Shown: one piece after another, positions 22,035 through 27,737 of the stretch | Layout: the number at the start of each line of letters is the position of its first letter | How positions within the stretch are numbered: position 1 is the first letter of the stretch | Source of the DNA: Octopus sinensis | Lineage: Eukaryota | DNA: 27,737 bases | Direction: 5' to 3' | Assembly (NCBI RefSeq): GCF_006345805.1 | Contig: NW_021836979.1 | Location: 1 to 27,737 of the forward strand | Notes under the pieces: generated by a model | Told to the model about the DNA's origin: nothing | Seen by the model: the letters and a program-made list of their open reading frames with translations, nothing else | Database searches by the model: none | Translations under genes and position numbers: made by a program

Positions 22035-22147
22035 GCATGTCGGCGCGGGGCTATAGCAGAAGACACTTGCCCAAGATGCCACGCAGTGGGACTGAACCCG
22101 GAACCATGTGGTTGGTTAGCAAGCTACTTACCACACAGCCACTCCTG
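22035..22147 (-). mobile_element. SINE family A head, probably the 5' part of A7
   Basis: Begins at the consensus position where the fragment ending at 20300 stops, and ends CACACAGCCACTCCT. Confidence 0.85.
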
Positions 22148-22151
22148 CGCC

Positions 22152-22202
<51 letters not shown>

Positions 22203-22209
22203 ATACAAG

Positions 22210-22264
<55 letters not shown>

Positions 22265-22716
22265 ATACAAGCACACACACACATATATATATAATGAATG
22301 TATAAAAAGAATGTGCGTCTATGAATAAACATACATCATTGACGCTTGGTATTAATAATTACGTAGAGAAATGTTTACCTATATATTTGCTTATGTATGT
22401 ACATAATGGTACCTTCGTGTAAGAAATTGTGTGTGTGTGTTTTCGCGCATGCGCTCTTGCCGGGGAAATAGTCAACTTCATTTATAACCTAATATGTTTA
22501 CGCATGCGTAAAATCGGTGAAAGACCGGTAGCAAGACGTTTAATGTAGTTGGGCGTTAACCAGGCATTCGCTATTTTCCTTTCTAATGTTGTTTGACAGC
22601 CTATGTTCTGTGAAGTTACATATATGTGTGCATGTGTGTGTGTATTGATAAATATATATACATACATATATATACATATATACATATATATTTAATTATA
22701 TATTATATATATATAT

Positions 22717-22747
<31 letters not shown>

Positions 22748-23982
22748 CATATATGTTTATATATATATGCATATGTTCTATTTTTTAACTTATTATACGA
22801 CTAAACGCACGCACCCTATTAAGTAAGATTGTTCTTTTATCAAGCTAGCCTTGATATTAACTCTCACGCGACTCTGCATCTTCTTTCTTTGTTCTTTCTT
22901 TCTTTCTTCTCCTCCCATTCCCTTTCGTCTTTTTTTTCCCTCACTTAACTTGTCTCTTCCTCTCTCTCTCATTCTTCATTCTCTCTCTCCCTTTCACCAT
23001 TCTTCATGGTCTCCTCGCACCATTCCCTTCTTCTCTCTCTTCCTCTTGCTCCTCCTCCCCCATTCCCGTCGTCCATCTGCGACGATACTTCCGTCGTAAC
23101 TGCTATCCTGTCTTTCCTCGCCCGCCTTCTAAGGCTACTGGTCGACACATTTTCTCTCTCTCGTCGTCCACCATAATCCAGCGTTTGCAATACTTTTTTC
23201 GTCTGGCGTTAACAGCCCTTCTTATCTTGTTCTCCTTGTCCTGTCTCTCACTGTTATATATTTATTTTTCCACTGTTTATATATATATTTTTTACTGTTT
23301 ATATGTTTGTACTGTCGTTACCGTCTTGCTTTTTTTTTTTACCCCTCTGTGAAAAGATCTCACAATTTTAATTGATTTGCTTTTCGCAGGAAGGAAGTTT
23401 TCTTCGAAGTATACGTCTCGCTTTTATCCTTCGAAACGTTTAGTAGATGAAACCTTAGCGACTGAAGAAGGGGATTTTTCGTTGTGCTTATTGTCTTGTA
23501 TCTCTTTTTTTTGCTTGTCTTGTTCCTTGGTTTGTGTCTATGTTTTTCGTCTCTCTATGTGTTCGACGTCTTTTTGGTGTCCTGTACACATATATGCGTG
23601 TATATGTACATGTAGAGATAGGTACGTACATATATGTTTATATATATGCATATGTTCTATTTTATTAACTTACATATATATATACCTATACATACATATA
23701 TATATATATGTGTGTGTATGTATATATATATTTGTGATATTTGTGTCTTTGTATCTATCTATATATACATATGTACATCTATACATATATGTAGATGTAA
23801 GATATATTCACACACATACAAACACAGACACACATATATATATACATATATATCATATACATTTATATACATATATATATACATACCTAACCACATAATC
23901 ATTAATATTTACATACATCTGTATATATCTTCCATCCCTCAGTTTCTCTCTGTCTCTCTCTTTCGCGCTCTCTCTCTCATAA

Positions 23983-24041
<59 letters not shown>

Positions 24042-24173
24042 TTATATATATTTATACTGAGAGGGGGAGAGAAGAGAAACGATAAAAACTGAAATGATTG
24101 CAGCTAATATCCATAGGTACGTACTTGTATACATCCATATATACAAATACATACTTACATGCATACATACCAT

Positions 24174-24616
24174 GAGTGGCTGTGTGGTAAGTAGCTTGCT
24201 TTCTTACCACATGGTTCCGGGTTCAGTCCCACTGCCTTGTACGTTTGGCAAGTGTGTCTTCTACTATAGTCTCGGGCCGACCAAAGCCTTGTGAGTGGAT
24301 TTGGTAGATGGAAACTGAAAGAAGCTCATAGTATATATATATATGTGTGTGTGTGTGTGTATGTGTGTATGCACACACACACACACACACACATATATAA
24401 TGTTCGTGTGTCTGTCACTGCCCCCCCCTCCTGCCATCATCGCTTCACAATCGATGCTGGTGTGTTTATGTTCCCACAACTTAGCCGTTCGGCAAAAGAG
24501 ACCGGCAGAATAAGTACTTGGCTTACAAAGAATAAGTCCTGGGGTCGATTTGCTCGACTAAAGGCAGTGCTCCAGCATGGCCGCTGTGAAATGACTGAAA
24601 CAAATAAAAGAATAAA
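24174..24616 (+). mobile_element. SINE family A copy A6
   Basis: Full head, internal (TA)(TG)(CA) microsatellite, and tail ATGACTGAAACAAATAAAAGAATAAA. Confidence 0.9.
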
Positions 24617-24629
24617 CGAACACCAATCT

Positions 24630-25278
24630 ACATACATCCAAGCATACATACATACGTGCATACCTACCTACTTACATACATGTAAACATACACACATACA
24701 TATACACATTCATGCATACATACATATATGCATACATACATACATACATACATACATACATACATACACACATTCTTGCATACATACATACATACATACA
24801 TACATACATACATACATACATACATACATACATACATGCATACATACATACATACATACATACATACATGCATGCATACATACATACATACATTCATGCA
24901 TATATACATACATACATATATACATACATACATACATACATACATACATACATACATACATACATACATACATACATTCATGTATACATACATACATACA
25001 TTCATGCATATATACATACATACATATATACATACATATATACATACATACATACATACATACATACATACATACACACATACATACATACATACATACA
25101 TACATACATACATACATACATACATACAACATACATATATACATACATGCATACATACATACATACACACATACATACACACATTCACGCATACATACAT
25201 ACATATATACACACATACATACATACATACATACATACATACATACATACATACATACATACATACATACATACATAC

Positions 25279-25309
<31 letters not shown>

Positions 25310-25312
25310 CAT
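24630..25312. repeat. Long (about 680 bp) interrupted (TACA)n microsatellite
   Basis: Tetranucleotide array with no stop in several frames; the source of the 197-390 aa ORFs. Confidence 0.97.
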
Positions 25313-25957
25313 GCCATTTAGTATTTCTTTTTATGTATTCGTGACAGTGATTTCGGGAAATGCCGGTAATGTTGTGCTCAGATGCAATCATATTAGCATA
25401 CAAGCTATGTATTATTATAAATACAGTCTATTCTCACAACCGTATTTACCGATATTGAAATAACCAGCAGCTAATGCAAGATGTATGTACATGTATGTTG
25501 AACTACTTTGATCGAATGCCCAGTGTATCGATCAGAACAGCATATATGATGTAGCGTTTGTCCCAGTAAAGGAAAGAATTGTTAAGAAAAATTTTCTGGG
25601 TTATTAGCCATTTAAAAAAAATTTATTCTGTTAGTCTTTCTTGTTCATTGGTTTCATTAATTTGGAACATGGCCATGTCACAGCACCAGTTCTTACTCTG
25701 ACACATATTTTATCGATCCTGAGAAGACAGAAAGTGATATTGATTTGGGCATCGAGTTTCTAGGTTTAAGAACCTTTAGAACCTAAGAGCAAATACTGTG
25801 AGTTAGATTTGTTTGCATGTTCTACTGATTGTGAGACCGTCCTGGTTTTCGTATACATTCACTGCTTTCTTCCAAGGAATCTAATGCTCTTAGCTTAGTT
25901 TTTCCTGGGGCTGGCCAGATTGGAGCAATCTCGAGTATAACCCAGCCGAAATTGCAA

Positions 25958-26060
25958 AGATAATATGGAACAAGACTGAGGAAAGAAAACTCCGAATGAC
26001 CCGTCCTTATTTTCTTTGTATCGTCTGTCTGGTTGTTTTGCGTTCTTGTCCCACTTTGTA
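25958..26060 (+). repeat. Interspersed repeat family F copy 2
   Basis: Homologous to the reverse complement of 21933-22030. Confidence 0.6.
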
Positions 26061-26079
26061 TTCTTTATATTATATTATA

Positions 26080-26116
<37 letters not shown>

Positions 26117-26117
<1 letters not shown>

Positions 26118-26505
26118 TCTTTTACTTGTTTCAGTCATTTGACTGTGGCCATGCTGGAGCACCGCCTTTTTAGTAGAGCAAATCGACTCCAGGACTTATT
26201 CTTTGTAAGCCTAGAACTTATTCTATCGGTCTCTTAAGCCGAACCGCTAAGTTACGGGGACGTAAACACACCAGCATCGTTTGTCAAGCGATGTTGAGGG
26301 AACAAGCACAGACGCACAAACACATACATATATATATACAATACATATATACGACGGGCTTTCAGTTTCCGTCTACCAAATCCACTCACAAGGCTTTGGT
26401 CAGCCCGAGGCTATAGTAGAAGACACTTGCCCAAGGTGCCACGCAGTGGGACTGAATCCGGAACCATGTATTTCGTAAGCAAGCTATTTACCACACATCC
26501 ACTCC
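26117..26505 (-). mobile_element. SINE family A copy A5
   Basis: Reverse complement of a full family A copy. Confidence 0.92.
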
Positions 26506-26584
26506 CTATATATATATATATATATAGGGAGAATTTTTTTAAAATTTTATATAAGTGTGTGTGTGTTTGTGGGGGGGGGGCTCT

Positions 26585-26785
26585 TTGTGCCTGTCGTTGT
26601 TCCACCAAAACCACTTGATGACCGGTGTTAGTATGTTTAGGCAAAACAGACCGATAAAATAAGCGCCGGGGTTCAAAAATATAATTACTGGGGTTGATTC
26701 ATTCGTCTGAAAATTATCCAAAGGCAATGCCCCAGCATGGCCGCAGTCTAATGATTGAAGCTAATAAAACATAAAAGATAAAAAA
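26585..26785 (+). mobile_element. Diverged family-A-related SINE 3' half
   Basis: CTTGATGACCGGTGTT...GGCAAAACAGACCGATAAAATAAG...GGGGTTGATT...CCCAGCATGGCCGCAGTCTAATGATTGAA resembles the family A 3' half. Confidence 0.7.
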
Positions 26786-26906
26786 TACATATATATTTGT
26801 GGTTCAATGAATTAATTACATTTGCGCATTGCCGTTGATGTAGTCAACAAGCCCTTCTTGTTCCAATTTCAGGCCTTGTGCCAATTTTTGAGAGGATTAT
26901 TATTTA

Positions 26907-27199
26907 CGTGGTCTGATCAATAAGTGTCCAGACTGTTGCCACAGTAAAGATTGTTGGCATAGTAAAGAAACTAGAGCACGCAGAGTAAAGCAGCCGCTAT
27001 GCATAGAATGGCCTTGAACTCTGCTGAGCATGCGCACTAAGTTTTAACATTCTAGCTCACTTCCGCTGTTTACAGCAACACTTGGAAGGAAGGTGTGTAA
27101 CGTGTGATCATCGAATTGACCATGACAGAGAAAGTTGAGCAGAGAATCTGCATCAAATTTTGCTAAAAGCTTGGCGATACCTGCTCAGAGGCTTACGCA
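26907..27199 (+). mobile_element. Mariner element 5' half (TIR, 5' UTR, start of transposase pseudogene)
   Basis: TA followed by CGTGGTCTGATCAATAAGTGTCCAGACT (mariner-like end). Translation from 27122 is MTEKVEQRICIKFC*KLGDTCSEAYA, a mariner HTH N-terminus with a stop codon. Confidence 0.85.
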
Positions 27200-27737
27200 G
27201 AGATTTCAAAAAGCTTTCATCGTTCTCGACACAGTCGAGTAGATCTTGTGCAACCGGAATATTTTTTGGTCAGCTGAAAGAAGTTTTGGTACAAACTTCG
27301 CAGACACGCATCTCCTACCCAAATTTTTGGTTATAATGGACTGAACTGAACCTTAAGTAATCTGCACATCCTCCGATAACTTACTGATGGTAATTCAACG
27401 ATTTCCCCTCACAGCTGCGTTTTCCTCAGTTTTGCCGTTTGCGGGTTTCCCAGAACGTTCGTCAATATCGACATGTTTTCGGTCATCTTGGAAAACTTTG
27501 AACCACTCGTACACCTGTGTGCGGCTCGTACACTTTCAATAATTTTGCGTAGGCCTCTGATCAGGTATCACCACGACAACTTATTCTATCATGGTCACAC
27601 GCTGCACACCTTTCTTCCAACCACTGCTGAAAACAGCAGAAGTAAGCTAGAACGTTAAAACTTAGTGCGTATGCACAGCAGAGTTCAAGGTCAATTTGTG
27701 CCAAGAAGCTTCACTCCGCGTGCTTTAGTTTCATTAC
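27200..27737 (-). mobile_element. Second mariner 5' portion in the opposite orientation (runs off the window end)
   Basis: The minus strand reads GDT*SEAYAKLLKVY / SRTQVYEWFKVFQDDRKHVDIDERSGKP...ITISKLSEDV...GSVQSIITKNLGRRCVSAKFVPKLLSADQK / VAQDLLDCVENDESFLKS. It stops just before the first catalytic Asp motif. Its 5' UTR is homologous to 26962-27199. Confidence 0.88.

Noticed and set aside
22150-22290. Tandem duplication of about 63 bp (CATATAAATACAAGCACACACAC between TA tracts)
   Set aside because: Ordinary slippage duplication within microsatellites.
24291-25463. 390-aa ORF and overlapping 197-210-aa ORFs
   Set aside because: They consist of SINE A6 sequence plus (TACA)n read-through (HTYI/MYVC repeats). 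The tetranucleotide array simply lacks stops in these frames.
22008-25982. CTGANGA-N11-GAAT conserved in both family F copies (22008-22014 minus, 25976-25982 plus) as possible hammerheads; also GAAACGTT...CTGAAGA at about 23432-23467
   Set aside because: Position 15.1 is U rather than A in family F, stem II does not close with a pair, and the stem I pairing seen in one copy is not kept in the other. The 23.4-kb motif needs core G8/A9 to pair, which is incompatible with the fold.

Overview
AT-rich, microsatellite-dense eukaryotic non-coding DNA (intron or intergenic). It is most likely from an octopus or other coleoid cephalopod; this is inferred from the style of the repeats, not from a database search. 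I find no intact protein-coding gene, rRNA, true tRNA gene or CRISPR array, and nearly all ORFs in the track are read-throughs of microsatellites or SINEs. The window holds about 20 copies or fragments of five tRNA-headed SINE-like families, given working labels A-E. It also holds an internally deleted maT/DD37D Tc1-mariner element with TIRs and TA TSD (5809-6680), a decayed Penelope-like RT fragment (~7560-8045), a decayed Penelope-type minimal hammerhead motif (~10172-10205), and two mariner 5' halves joined tail-to-tail (26907 to the window end). The most unusual structures are a nested, inverted SINE-B cluster (1631-2567), a SINE-B dimer junction shared by three separate loci, a tandemly duplicated A/B chimeric SINE, and the mariner fold-back. 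I see no convincing new biological system; the novelty is in transposon architecture.
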